Assembly: GCA_963843575.1 (NCBI GenBank)
Contig: CAWJKZ010000025.1
Span: 282,319 to 346,318 of the forward strand
Direction of reading: 5' to 3'
Length of the DNA: 64,000 bases
Source of the DNA: an uncultured Acidobacteriota bacterium
Lineage (GTDB): Bacteria; Acidobacteriota; UBA6911
Shown here: in pieces, positions 1-9,419 of the stretch
Position numbering within the stretch: position 1 is the stretch's first letter
Layout: each line of letters begins with the position of its first letter
Notes under the pieces: generated by a model
What the model was told of the DNA's origin: nothing
The model's input: only the letters and a program-made list of their open reading frames with translations
Database searches by the model: none
Position numbers and translations under genes: made by a program

Positions 1-388
1 CGAGACCGTGGAGTGGGAGGAAGGGCCGTTCGTCATCCGGCACCTCGGGGCCTTCTACCTGTTCTCCAGCATGGGGAACTGGCGGGACGGCACTTATCAC
101 GTGCGGGTGGCTCGTTCGAGAAGCGTCGCCGGGCCGTGGGAGCGGCTGACCGAGAAAGGGGCGACATACAAGGTCCTCCAGAGCATCGAGGGGCAGTGGG
201 GTCCCGGACACAACTCGGTGTTTCGGGGACCGGATGGCGCGTGGTGGATCTGTTACCACGCCTGGGACGCCGGGAAAACCGGACGCTATCCCTGGGCCGC
301 CCCCCTCGGCTGGGATTCCCGCGGCTACCCCGCCGCGCAACAAGCACCCGCGCCGGATCGGCGGGCAAGGACATCGCGCACGCCTTGA
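1..388 (+). CDS. Glycoside hydrolase family 43 protein, C-terminal part (5'-truncated by window edge)
   Basis: EGPFVIRH...YLFSS...Y.V.VARS.S..GPW and GPGHNSVF.GPDG.WWICYHAW are GH43 beta-propeller motifs. Confidence 0.85.
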   Translation, partial: ETVEWEEGPFVIRHLGAFYLFSSMGNWRDGTYHVRVARSRSVAGPWERLTEKGATYKVLQSIEGQWGPGHNSVFRGPDGAWWICYHAWDAGKTGRYPWAAPLGWDSRGYPAAQQAPAPDRRARTSRTP

Positions 389-420
389 CAGCGACAAATG
401 GCGGGTGCAGGAGGTCGGAG

Positions 421-981
421 ATGGAGCGAAGGACATTCGTGTCGAGTGGGGTGCTGGCCGCAGGCGCTCTATTGGGACCGCCGACCCCGACGTCGATGAA
501 ACTCGTGATCGGGAGCGACCACGCCGGTTTCCCCGCCAAGGGGCCGGTGATCGAGCTGCTGCGCTCGTGGGGACACACCGTGCACGACGTCGGGACCTTT
601 TCGACGGCGCCGGTCGATTTTCCCGACATCGCCCGCAAGGTGGCAGCGGAGATCCTGACCGGCCGCGCCGAACGCGGCATCATGGTTTGCGGCACCGGCG
701 TCGGCGCTGCAATTGCCGGCAACAAGATCAGGGGCATCCGCGCCGCGCTCTGCCACGACACCTTCTGCGCTCACCAGTGCGTCGAGCACGACGACGTGAA
801 CCTCCTGTGCATGGGCGGCTGGATCATCGGCATCAAACTCGCCGAGGAGATCCTGCGCGCTTTCCTGGGCGCCCGCTTCAGCACCGACGAAGAATTCCGC
901 CGACGGGTCCGCAAGCTGGAGGAACTCGAAAACTTCCGGGTGGACACGGTGGGCGCGGGCAGCCCGCCCCCGCCCCGATGA
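421..981 (+). CDS. rpiB: Ribose-5-phosphate isomerase B family protein
   Basis: IGSDHAGF, VDFPD, CGTGVG, NKIRGIRAA, HDDVN motifs; GGAGG upstream of ATG 421; alternative start at 496. Confidence 0.9.
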   Translation: MERRTFVSSGVLAAGALLGPPTPTSMKLVIGSDHAGFPAKGPVIELLRSWGHTVHDVGTFSTAPVDFPDIARKVAAEILTGRAERGIMVCGTGVGAAIAGNKIRGIRAALCHDTFCAHQCVEHDDVNLLCMGGWIIGIKLAEEILRAFLGARFSTDEEFRRRVRKLEELENFRVDTVGAGSPPPPR

Positions 982-1127
982 GGGCCGCGGCCCACTTCAT
1001 GTGCGGCGCACCAGCCCGGCGTTATCCCAGACCCCGTCCTTGAACCACGGGACGTCGGCACCCACGAACCATGCGTAATTCTGCGGGCCGCGCGGGCACC
1101 GGAGGCCGTGACGGGCCGCCACTTTGT

Positions 1128-2072
1128 TCATGCTTCGGGCGGCGCCTCCGAGCATATGCGGCGCACCAGCTCGGCGTTTTCGCGGACCTCGTCCTTGAAC
1201 CGCGGATACATCCCGACGATGACCGCGTCCCGCGGCTTGATGTTCGTGTAGGCAAAGCGGAACGCGCGCTCGAGCTGCTCGGGGGACGAGCCGTGCCTCC
1301 CGGCCGCGAGAATTTTGAATGCCAGGCACGGCCGGCGGGTCTGGCGGATGGCGCGGCACATGCGCGGCGGATCGCTTTCAAGGAAAACCTGGCTTCCCAG
1401 GGGCAGGTCGCCGAGCATCTTCCTCGTCTCCGCCTCCGGCCGGCCGATCTGGAACATGCACGCCATGTAGAAATCGATATCCCAGTTCCGCTCCTCGACC
1501 CACTCGATCACGCCCGGCAGGTGCGTCGACAGGCCCACTAGGACACCGCTGTCGCGGATGGCCTTGAGATAGTCCCGCACCTTGTCCATCTTGCCCGCCC
1601 GGAAATATTCGTCGGTGACCCCGCCGTGATGGACGATCGCAATCGGCTTGAGCTTGACGACCTCCCGGATCGGCCCCGGATCATCCCTCATGGCGCCGCC
1701 GGTCAGCAGAATCCACTGCAGCCGCCCGCCGGAGGACCGGTGCAGCTTCAAGCCGGCCATCGAGGTGGGATAGTAGCTGAATTGCCACGTGTTGATCCCG
1801 TTCTGTTCGCACCGGCTCAGCACCTCGGCAATACGTTCCGGAGTCGACCACTCGCGCATGTGCTGGTCGAGGGAAGGGATCCCGTAAGAAAAACCGTTAA
1901 ACGGATTCGAGCCCATGATGAGACGAGTCACCCTGTGCTCCCCCAGCTTTACTTCGGGCAACGCCGCAACCGCCGGCTCTCTCGCCTCCGTCGCGCCGAG
2001 GGTGACGGCCGCCGCGCCACCGGCTAAACCCATCTGGATGAAGGCGCGCCTCGAGGTCTCTTCCTTGCCCAT
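1128..2072 (-). CDS. Twin-arginine-leader hypothetical protein, aldo/keto-reductase-like TIM barrel
   Basis: SRRAFI leader; LPEVKLGEHRVTRLIMGSNPF and FKILAAGR resemble AKR-like families. Confidence 0.65.
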   Translation of the reverse strand: MGKEETSRRAFIQMGLAGGAAAVTLGATEAREPAVAALPEVKLGEHRVTRLIMGSNPFNGFSYGIPSLDQHMREWSTPERIAEVLSRCEQNGINTWQFSYYPTSMAGLKLHRSSGGRLQWILLTGGAMRDDPGPIREVVKLKPIAIVHHGGVTDEYFRAGKMDKVRDYLKAIRDSGVLVGLSTHLPGVIEWVEERNWDIDFYMACMFQIGRPEAETRKMLGDLPLGSQVFLESDPPRMCRAIRQTRRPCLAFKILAAGRHGSSPEQLERAFRFAYTNIKPRDAVIVGMYPRFKDEVRENAELVRRICSEAPPEA

Positions 2073-2293
2073 GCATGCCTCCCGCAACTGTTTGTCTGGA
2101 AATCCTGCGTTCATTTCTAGCGCGACCCGGTACGAGCGGGCAAGCGAATTCGGACGCCGGCCCCGCCGTCTTCAGGGTTCTTTGAGCCTTTAGAGCCTTC
2201 GAGGCAAAGCGGCAGAACTCACTTCGGCGGCTCGGAGGGCTCAACGAATCCTGAAATAAGCCCTATCTAATGCGAAATTACTGATTTATTAGG

Positions 2294-2331
2294 ATGAAAA
2301 TTTCATAATATGTCTGAAATATTTCTTGACA
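2294..2331. promoter_or_regulatory. Candidate LacI-type operators (ATGAAAATTTCAT 2294-2306, GAAATATTTC 2316-2325) next to a TTGACA -35 box (2326-2331)
   Basis: AT-rich palindromes in the divergent intergenic region immediately upstream of a LacI gene. Confidence 0.45.
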
Positions 2332-2360
2332 TAAGAAGCTTGCCGGTGGAATGTAGGCGC

Positions 2361-3488
2361 GTGCCAGCGAGGAAGAAGCCGTCGAAGCAGAAACCGGCGA
2401 CCTATCTGGAGGTGGCGCGCCTCGCGAAGGTGAGTGCCGCGACCGTGACACGCATCGCCTCGGGCAGCGCCGGGGTGAGCAAGGAGGTGCACGCCAGGGT
2501 GCGGCGCGCGGCCGCGCAGCTCGGCACGAGCCTGGACAAGAAGAACCGCACGCGGATCATCGCCTTCCTGCTTTCCAACCGTGACGTGCTTCACCCGTAC
2601 CAGGCGCACATCCTGCTGGGCGCCGAGGCCTATTGCGCCTCAAACGGCTGGGAGATGCTGTTCCTGTCGTTTCAATACCCCCTGTTTGGCAGCTACGGGG
2701 AGATCCAGCTCCCCCAGATACTGAGCCAGCGGGATCTGCTGCGCGGCATCATCCTGGGTGGCACCAACTCGTCCAGGCTGCTGGAAACGCTGCAAAAACG
2801 CGGCATCCCGTTTGCGGTGCTGGGCAACAACGTGATCGGGAACTGGCAGCCGGCCGACTGCGACGTGGTCTCGTCCGATGACGTCACCGGCGCATACGAC
2901 GTGACCTGCGACCTGATCTCACAGGGGCATCGCGCCATCTGGTTCATCGGGGACCTTAAGCTCCCCTGGTACGCCCACTGCGCCGAGGGCTACAGGCGCG
3001 CGATGGCCGGCGCGGGGCTCGAGCCTCTCATCAAGGAAATCCACACGGGCGACCGCGAGCTCGGTTACCTGGCTGCGAGGTCCATCCTCGCCCGGGCGGT
3101 CACGGCCGTCTTTGCCGGCAACGATCAGGTCGCCGTGGGCGTCTACCGGGCCTTTGGCGAGGCAGGGGTCCGGATCCCGACCGACATCAGCGTCGTCGGC
3201 TTTAACGACACCGAAGGCCAAAACCTTTACCCCCCCCTGACAACCACGCGCGAGTTTCCGGAGGAGATCGGGAAACATCTCGCGGAACTCGTGCTCGAAC
3301 GGATCTCCATGCCGGAAATTCCGGCGCGGCAGCTTCTGTTGCCTACCCAACTCATCCGGCGCGAGTCGTGTTCGGTACCTTCCCCCTCGCGCGCCGATCA
3401 CTCTGTAAGACCAGGAGACGACAGTCCGGTACCCGATACGGCAGTCGGGAACGCGGACGCTGGATATAAACGCTTTGGCTCGGATTAG
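2361..3488 (+). CDS. LacI family transcriptional regulator
   Basis: TYLEVARLAKVSAATVTR HTH; sugar-binding domain with IPTDISVVGFND, PPLTT, LIRRES; start uncertain (GTG 2361 or ATG 2310). Confidence 0.9.
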   Translation: MPARKKPSKQKPATYLEVARLAKVSAATVTRIASGSAGVSKEVHARVRRAAAQLGTSLDKKNRTRIIAFLLSNRDVLHPYQAHILLGAEAYCASNGWEMLFLSFQYPLFGSYGEIQLPQILSQRDLLRGIILGGTNSSRLLETLQKRGIPFAVLGNNVIGNWQPADCDVVSSDDVTGAYDVTCDLISQGHRAIWFIGDLKLPWYAHCAEGYRRAMAGAGLEPLIKEIHTGDRELGYLAARSILARAVTAVFAGNDQVAVGVYRAFGEAGVRIPTDISVVGFNDTEGQNLYPPLTTTREFPEEIGKHLAELVLERISMPEIPARQLLLPTQLIRRESCSVPSPSRADHSVRPGDDSPVPDTAVGNADAGYKRFGSD

Positions 3489-3523
3489 AAGGGATATTCC
3501 GACACTTCCGTAAGGGAAAACTT

Positions 3524-6500
3524 ATGAGATCGAGACACTACGCTCTTCTTTTCACCCTCGCGCTCTGCCTCGTGCCTGCGACGCTTCCGGCACAGGTGGA
3601 CACCGGTACCATAGTCGGCACCGTGAAGGACTCGACTGGGGGCGTACTCCCCGATGCCGTCGTCGTCGTGACCAACGTGGGCACGGGGACAAAAACGACC
3701 CTGAGGACGGGGCCCGACGGCACCTTTGTGGCCACCCCGCTCAAGATCGGGGGCTATGCTATCTCGGTGGAGGCCCAGGGCTTCAAAACGGAAACCCGCA
3801 AGAACATCGTGTTGCAGGTCCAGGATCGGCTCAGGGTGGATTTCGAGCTCCAGGTGGGGGATATCAAGGACCAGGTGGTCGTCGAAGATGCGCCGCCCCT
3901 TCTGCAGACCGAAACCTCGTCGCTCGGCGACGTCATCAGCAGCTCCCAGGTGACGTCTCTCCCGCTCAACGGCCGCGACTACACGCTGTTGGCCACCCTG
4001 ACCGCCGGGGTCTCCAGGACGGATCTCGGGGACAACGGCAACAACGGGGGAAGCTTCGCCTCGAACGGGGCGCGCGCCACGCTGAACAACTTCCTGCTCG
4101 ACGGGATCGACAACAACTCGAACGATAACGGGCGGAACGTCCTGCAGACCAGCGTCGACGCCATCGCCGAGTTCAAGGTCCAGACCAACTCCTACTCCGC
4201 CGAATTCGGGCGAAGCGGGGGAGCCGTCATCAACGCGACGATCAAGTCCGGCTCGAACGATTTTCACGGGTCGGTGTTCGAATTCCTCCGCAACTCCGCC
4301 CTGGACGCCCGCGACTATTTCGCCGATCCGAACTCGTCGAAGCCGTTGTTCCAGTTGAACCAGTTCGGCGGGACCATCGGGGGCCCCATCATCCGGAACA
4401 AGACGTTCTTCTTCGCGGACTACCAGGGCAGTATCTTGAATGACGGCCAGACCATAATCTCGACCGTGCCCATGCCAGCCGAGCGGAACGGCGATTTCTC
4501 CGGATCCGGCGTGAACATCTATGACCCGGCGACCACCGATGCGGCCAACGGCAACGCCAGGCAACAGTTCACGAACAACCAGATCCCGGCCAGCCGCTTC
4601 GATCCCGTCGCGAAGGCGTTCATGGACCTCTATCCGGACCCGAACGTGGCCGGCGCCGTGCGCAACAACTACATCACCACCGGGAAATTCACGGACAAGG
4701 TCCACTCGACCAACCTCCGGCTCGATCACAGCTTCTCCCAGAACAACCAGCTGTTTGGCCGCTTTGCCTATAACAAACAGCACACGGAGACCCCGGCGCC
4801 GCTTCCGGGGCTGGCGAACGGCGGCGGCTCCCGCACCGGCGACACCTTCATCAACGCCGAGGGCGTGTCCATCGGCGACACCCACACGCTGAATCCGTCG
4901 ACCATCAACGAACTGCGCATCGGCTTCACGCGTCTCAAGGAAGACCGCGGCCTCCCCTTCGACGGCCAGAACTTCCCCGCGGCTGCACTGCGGGTCCCCG
5001 GCGTACCGGACAACCCGACGACCAACGGGCTCGCGGCGCTGCAGCCCGGCGGATACCGCAGGGTGGGGGATCCGTCCTTTTCCCCGACCCTGATCACGAC
5101 CTACGAATCCCAGCTCTCGGACACCCTGAGCATGATCCGCGGGACCCACACGATCAAGTTCGGGGTTCAGCTCCGCCGCAGCCAGTTCAACATCTTCCAG
5201 GTAAACGCCCCGCGCGGCCGCCTTTCCTTCAACGGCCGGTTCACGCGCGATCCCGTCTCGGGCGATGGCGGGCAGGCCCTCGCAGACATGCTCCTTGGGC
5301 TCACCAACACGGCACGGCTCTCCTCGCTCAGCGACCTGGGGAACCGGCAGGCCTCTTACGGCACGTTCATCATGGACGACTGGAAGGCCACGCCTCACCT
5401 GACCCTGAACCTCGGCCTGCGCTACGACTACACCCAGCCCATCGTCGAGGTCCACGACGAACAGGCGAACCTCGATTTCGCCACGGGCGAGATCATCGTG
5501 CCGGATCTCAGCAAGATCACGGATCCCGGGAAATTCAAGTTCAAGCAGGGGAAGAACCGCGGGCTGGTCGACGGGGACAAGCTGAACTTCGCCCCCCGGG
5601 TCGGCTTCGCCTGGACGCCCTTTGCCGGGGGCAAGATGGTCATCCGCGGCGGCTACGGGATCTACTACAGCGCCCAGGAGTACCGCACCGCCGGCGGCAA
5701 CCAGCTCGCCTACAATCATACCCTTCTACGTCGAATCGGCCTTCAACAGCGCCGTCAACAGCAGCGCCGCGAAGATCAAGGTCAGCACCGGATTCCCGCC
5801 GCAGGACCTCTCGCAGGTCGTGGACGTCGCGGTCGTCTCCGCCGACTCCCGCCTCAAGTCGCCCTACTATCAGCACTGGAATCTCAACATCCAGCAGCAG
5901 ATCCCCTGGGCGGTGACCCTCGAAGTGGGATACGCCGGATCCAAAGGCACGCATCTGCAGGTAGGCACCGACCGGAATCAGGTCCCCAAGCCAGTCATTG
6001 GGAACGAAGAGCCCGACCGGCCCTACCCGCAGTACGGCCCATTCCTCAATTTCGAAAACCGCGGGAGCTCCAGCTACCACGCCCTCCAGATGAAGGCGAC
6101 CAAGCGCCTCTCCCGGGGACTCGACTTCCTGAGCGCCTTCACTTACGGGAAGGCCATCGACGACCAGGGACCGGTCTGCTGTTCCTTCCTCTTCCCGCAG
6201 GACAGCATGAACACCAACGCGGAACGGGGTCGTTCCGACTTCGACCAGCGGATCCGGTCCGTGACCAGCTTCAATTACGACCTCCCGTTCGGCACCGGGC
6301 ACGGCCATGCCTTCAGCAGCCCGGTCGCGGATGCCCTCCTGGGTGGCTGGTCGTTCGGCGGCATCATCACGTTCAGCTCGGGATTCCCGTTCACGCCCCT
6401 CTGGCCGGACGACTCGTCCCGCACCTATTCGGAGTTCAGCCGGCCCAACCGCACGGCTGACGGGAACCTTCCGAAAAGCCAGCGCACGGTCCAGCACTGG

Positions 6501-6782
6501 TTCGATACGGATGCCTTCGGGGAACCGCCGCTGTTTACCTTCGGCACGGCGGGCCGCAACATCATCGACGGTCCGGGCGTCACCAACCTCGACGTCTCGC
6601 TGCACAAGGAGTTCCGGTTCTCGGAGAACAAGCGGATGCAGTTCCGGGTGGAGTTCTTCAACTTCCTGAATCACCCCAACTTCGGGGCTCCGGGCCTCAC
6701 CATCGGAGAGGATGCCGGAGAGATTACCGACACTTCGACCCGGCAGCGCCAGGTCCAGTTCGCGCTCAAGTTCGCATTCTGA
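3524..6782 (+). CDS. Oar-like TonB-dependent receptor with N-terminal carboxypeptidase-regulatory-like domain; +1 frameshift near 5716
   Basis: Signal peptide, GTIVGTVKD.TG, LPLNGR, FLRNSALDAR, LNLGLRYD, NFAPRVGF, terminal RQVQFALKFAF; ORFs 3524..6460 and 5622..6782 join at ...NQLAYN/IPFY. Confidence 0.9.
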
Positions 6783-6903
6783 GACTCGGCCTCTGCGCGA
6801 TTGCGCTGCAGCAGCCGGGAGCGCGGCAGCATTTCTTCCGAGCCCGGGGGGGGGCGGCTTACGAAGCTCATCCCCCGGGCTCGAACTTCATGCGAGGGGG
6901 GCG

Positions 6904-8430
6904 ATGATGAGGCGAAGGGCATTCATAAAGGCGGCGGCTCTGGCGGCTTACGTTCCCAGCCACAACTGGGACAAGTACGATTTTGGCTCGGGACCGCCGG
7001 TGAGGGACCGCCTGAACCAGGGGCCGTTCCCGCAGTACCCCCCGGAGCAGCTGTTCCCTGGCGGCGACGTCCTGATGGCCACGACCCCTTCCGAGGAAGT
7101 CGTGCCCAACTTCGGCAGGGGGCTCATCACCTACATCGCGGCCGACATGGGGCTGGCCGAAATCGTGTCGGACAACAAGGCGGAGGCAATCGAAAAACTG
7201 GTCCGCCTGCCGCTGGGCCAGAAGCTCTACATCCGACCGACCTGGCGGGAGGTTCAGCAGCGCAGGGGACGCCTGGATTTCCCCGACTATTGGAAGCTCA
7301 CGTTCGAGCTTGCGAAGAAACACCAAAAGAGGGTCGGGTTTCGGATTCAGATGAGGGCCCCGGACTACGATCAGGAGGCCCTGCCCGACTTCGTGCTGGA
7401 CAAGGTCCCGATGGTGAGGCTCGCCGGGGAGTGGAAACGAGGTGCCGGCTCCGCGCGGGGGCAAAAGAAGTTTTTCGAGGAGCCCCGCTACGATCACCCG
7501 AATTTCCAGGAGGCGTTCAAGGAACTCAACCAGCTCCTGGCAGCGGAGTTGAACGGAAATCCCTCGGTCGAATTCATGGACACCTTCATGTACGGGTTCT
7601 GGGGCGAGGGGCACACGTGGCCGTTCACCAACACCCCGTTCCCGGACTACCAGACGGCCGAGCGCACCTGGATACAGATTTGGGAGACGCAGGCGGAGAA
7701 TTGGACCCGCACGCCGCTGGTGACCAATACACAGCCCGATTTCAGCCGCGTCGGGAATTCCGAGATCGTCGACCGCAGCGTGCGCAGCCACAACTGGCTC
7801 CGCACGGACACGATCTTCATCGAAAACATGCAGATCGAGTCCATCGGCAACCGTCCTCCGTGGACGGCGGCGATCCTCGAGGTGGCGATGTCAGACGGCT
7901 CCGCCGACTCGCTGCGGATCAGCGAAGGGGTCACGGCCACGGACAACGCCATCGCCCACGTCATGGACGTCGGCGCAAACTACTGGTCGTTGTGGAACTT
8001 CCACAAGATCAGCGCCGAAGGGATCCAGCACTACTACCAGCAGTATCCGGGCATGATCGACAGGATCAGTCGAAAGGTCGGGTACAACGTCCGGCCTTCT
8101 TTCGTCTGGTGTTACGAGACGGAGAATCACCCGGGACTGATCATAGGCTTCGCCAATGACGGCATCGCGGGCGTTCCCGGGGTTCTTCGGGTTTCGGTCG
8201 CCAGCGACGACGGGAAGATCAACGTCGGAGGCGGCCTCGATCCGGGATACCCGCTGCCCGGAAAAATCCGGCAGGCGCAGTTCACACTGCCGCAGGGGAC
8301 GCGTTGGGAGGGGCTCAAACTCCGTGCGGAACTCGAGGTGAAGGGTGTGCGGTACCCGGTGCGCTGGGCGTGCCGCCAGGAAACCAATCCAGACGGCTCA
8401 CTCACACTGCGTCGAAACCTGCGCCGGTAG
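6904..8430 (+). CDS. Twin-arginine-leader hypothetical protein, probable glycoside-hydrolase-like TIM barrel
   Basis: MMRRRAFIK leader; YIRPTWREVQ, PRYDHP.F, YGFWGEGH resemble GH42/DUF4832-like proteins. Confidence 0.6.
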   Translation: MMRRRAFIKAAALAAYVPSHNWDKYDFGSGPPVRDRLNQGPFPQYPPEQLFPGGDVLMATTPSEEVVPNFGRGLITYIAADMGLAEIVSDNKAEAIEKLVRLPLGQKLYIRPTWREVQQRRGRLDFPDYWKLTFELAKKHQKRVGFRIQMRAPDYDQEALPDFVLDKVPMVRLAGEWKRGAGSARGQKKFFEEPRYDHPNFQEAFKELNQLLAAELNGNPSVEFMDTFMYGFWGEGHTWPFTNTPFPDYQTAERTWIQIWETQAENWTRTPLVTNTQPDFSRVGNSEIVDRSVRSHNWLRTDTIFIENMQIESIGNRPPWTAAILEVAMSDGSADSLRISEGVTATDNAIAHVMDVGANYWSLWNFHKISAEGIQHYYQQYPGMIDRISRKVGYNVRPSFVWCYETENHPGLIIGFANDGIAGVPGVLRVSVASDDGKINVGGGLDPGYPLPGKIRQAQFTLPQGTRWEGLKLRAELEVKGVRYPVRWACRQETNPDGSLTLRRNLRR

Positions 8431-8448
8431 CGAAGTGGGGCTTCATTG

Positions 8449-8680
8449 TGGAGTGCGGCGGCTCGGCGCCGCCACAGGCCGAGGTCGCAGGGTCGCATCC
8501 ATCAATTCGGCATGGCGCCGAGGCGCCGAGCATTCCTGCCGCAGCACCTAAGTAAAAGCGGCGCCGAGGCGCCGCACTCCAGATTACTTCAGCTTCATTG
8601 TGGAGTGCGGCGGCTCGACGCCGCTTTGGTGGCGGCGCCTCGGCGCCGCCACAGGCCGAGGTCGCAGGGTCGCATCGCAA
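8449..8680. repeat. REP-like family B (TGGAGTGCGGCGGCTCGACGCCGCTTT ... GGCGCCGAGGCGCCGCACTCCA), two adjacent copies
   Basis: Palindromic element recurring at about 16510, 19117, 20053, 25690 and 46044. Confidence 0.85.
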
Positions 8681-8705
8681 GACGGGAACCCGGGGGACCA
8701 AAACC

Positions 8706-9404
8706 ATGTCCGTCTACAAGCTCTCGCTCCTTTGTGCGTTTGGTGCGGTCTGGGTCTGGGCTGCCATTCACCCGTTGTTCCCGCACGACTGGCTGCTCGA
8801 AAACTACCTCGTGTTTATCTTCCTGCCGGCCATCCTGATCTCGGGCCGGTACCTGAAGCTCTCAGACACGTCCTACACGCTGATCACGCTCTTCATGATC
8901 CTGCACGTGATCGGCTCGCACTATACCTACGCGGAGGTGCCGTTCGGCGAAACCCTGAAGCGGTGGCTCGGGGCGGAACGCAACATGTATGACCGGCTCG
9001 TTCACTTCACGTTCGGCTTGCTACTCGCCTATCCGATGCGGGAGGTGTTCATCCGACTGTCAAAGGTCAAGGGATTCTGGGGATTCTACCTGCCCTTCGA
9101 CCTCACCTTGTCGTTTTCGGCACTCTACGAGATCATCGAGTGGTTGATCGCCCGGAACGTGGCCCCGGCCGCGGGGATCGCGTTCCTCGGGGCGCAAGGG
9201 GACATCTGGGACGCCCAGAAGGACATGACGATGGCGGGAATCGGCGCGCTCCTGGCCATGATCATCATCGGGATCATCAACTGGAAGCTGAACCCGGATT
9301 TCGTCCGGGAATTCCGGTCGAGTTTCCACATCGAGAAAGGCGACAGGCCGCTGGGCGAGCAGAAGCTGCAGGAGTGGCTTGGACGAAGGCGCGCGCGCCG
9401 CTGA
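8706..9404 (+). CDS. DUF2238 (YjdF-like) inner membrane protein
   Basis: DWLLEN, HYTYAEVPFG, RNMYDRLVHF, YEIIEW, FLGAQGDIWDAQKDM. Confidence 0.9.
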   Translation: MSVYKLSLLCAFGAVWVWAAIHPLFPHDWLLENYLVFIFLPAILISGRYLKLSDTSYTLITLFMILHVIGSHYTYAEVPFGETLKRWLGAERNMYDRLVHFTFGLLLAYPMREVFIRLSKVKGFWGFYLPFDLTLSFSALYEIIEWLIARNVAPAAGIAFLGAQGDIWDAQKDMTMAGIGALLAMIIIGIINWKLNPDFVREFRSSFHIEKGDRPLGEQKLQEWLGRRRARR

Positions 9405-9419
9405 CTTCCGGAGACTGCC

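Noticed and set aside
1002-1205. Diversity-generating retroelement TR/VR pair
   Set aside because: Mismatches are not adenine-specific and there is no reverse transcriptase in the window.
5700-5730. Programmed frameshift or phase variation in the TBDR
   Set aside because: No slippery heptamer or homopolymer; a single extra base like other indels in this window, so most likely a consensus error.
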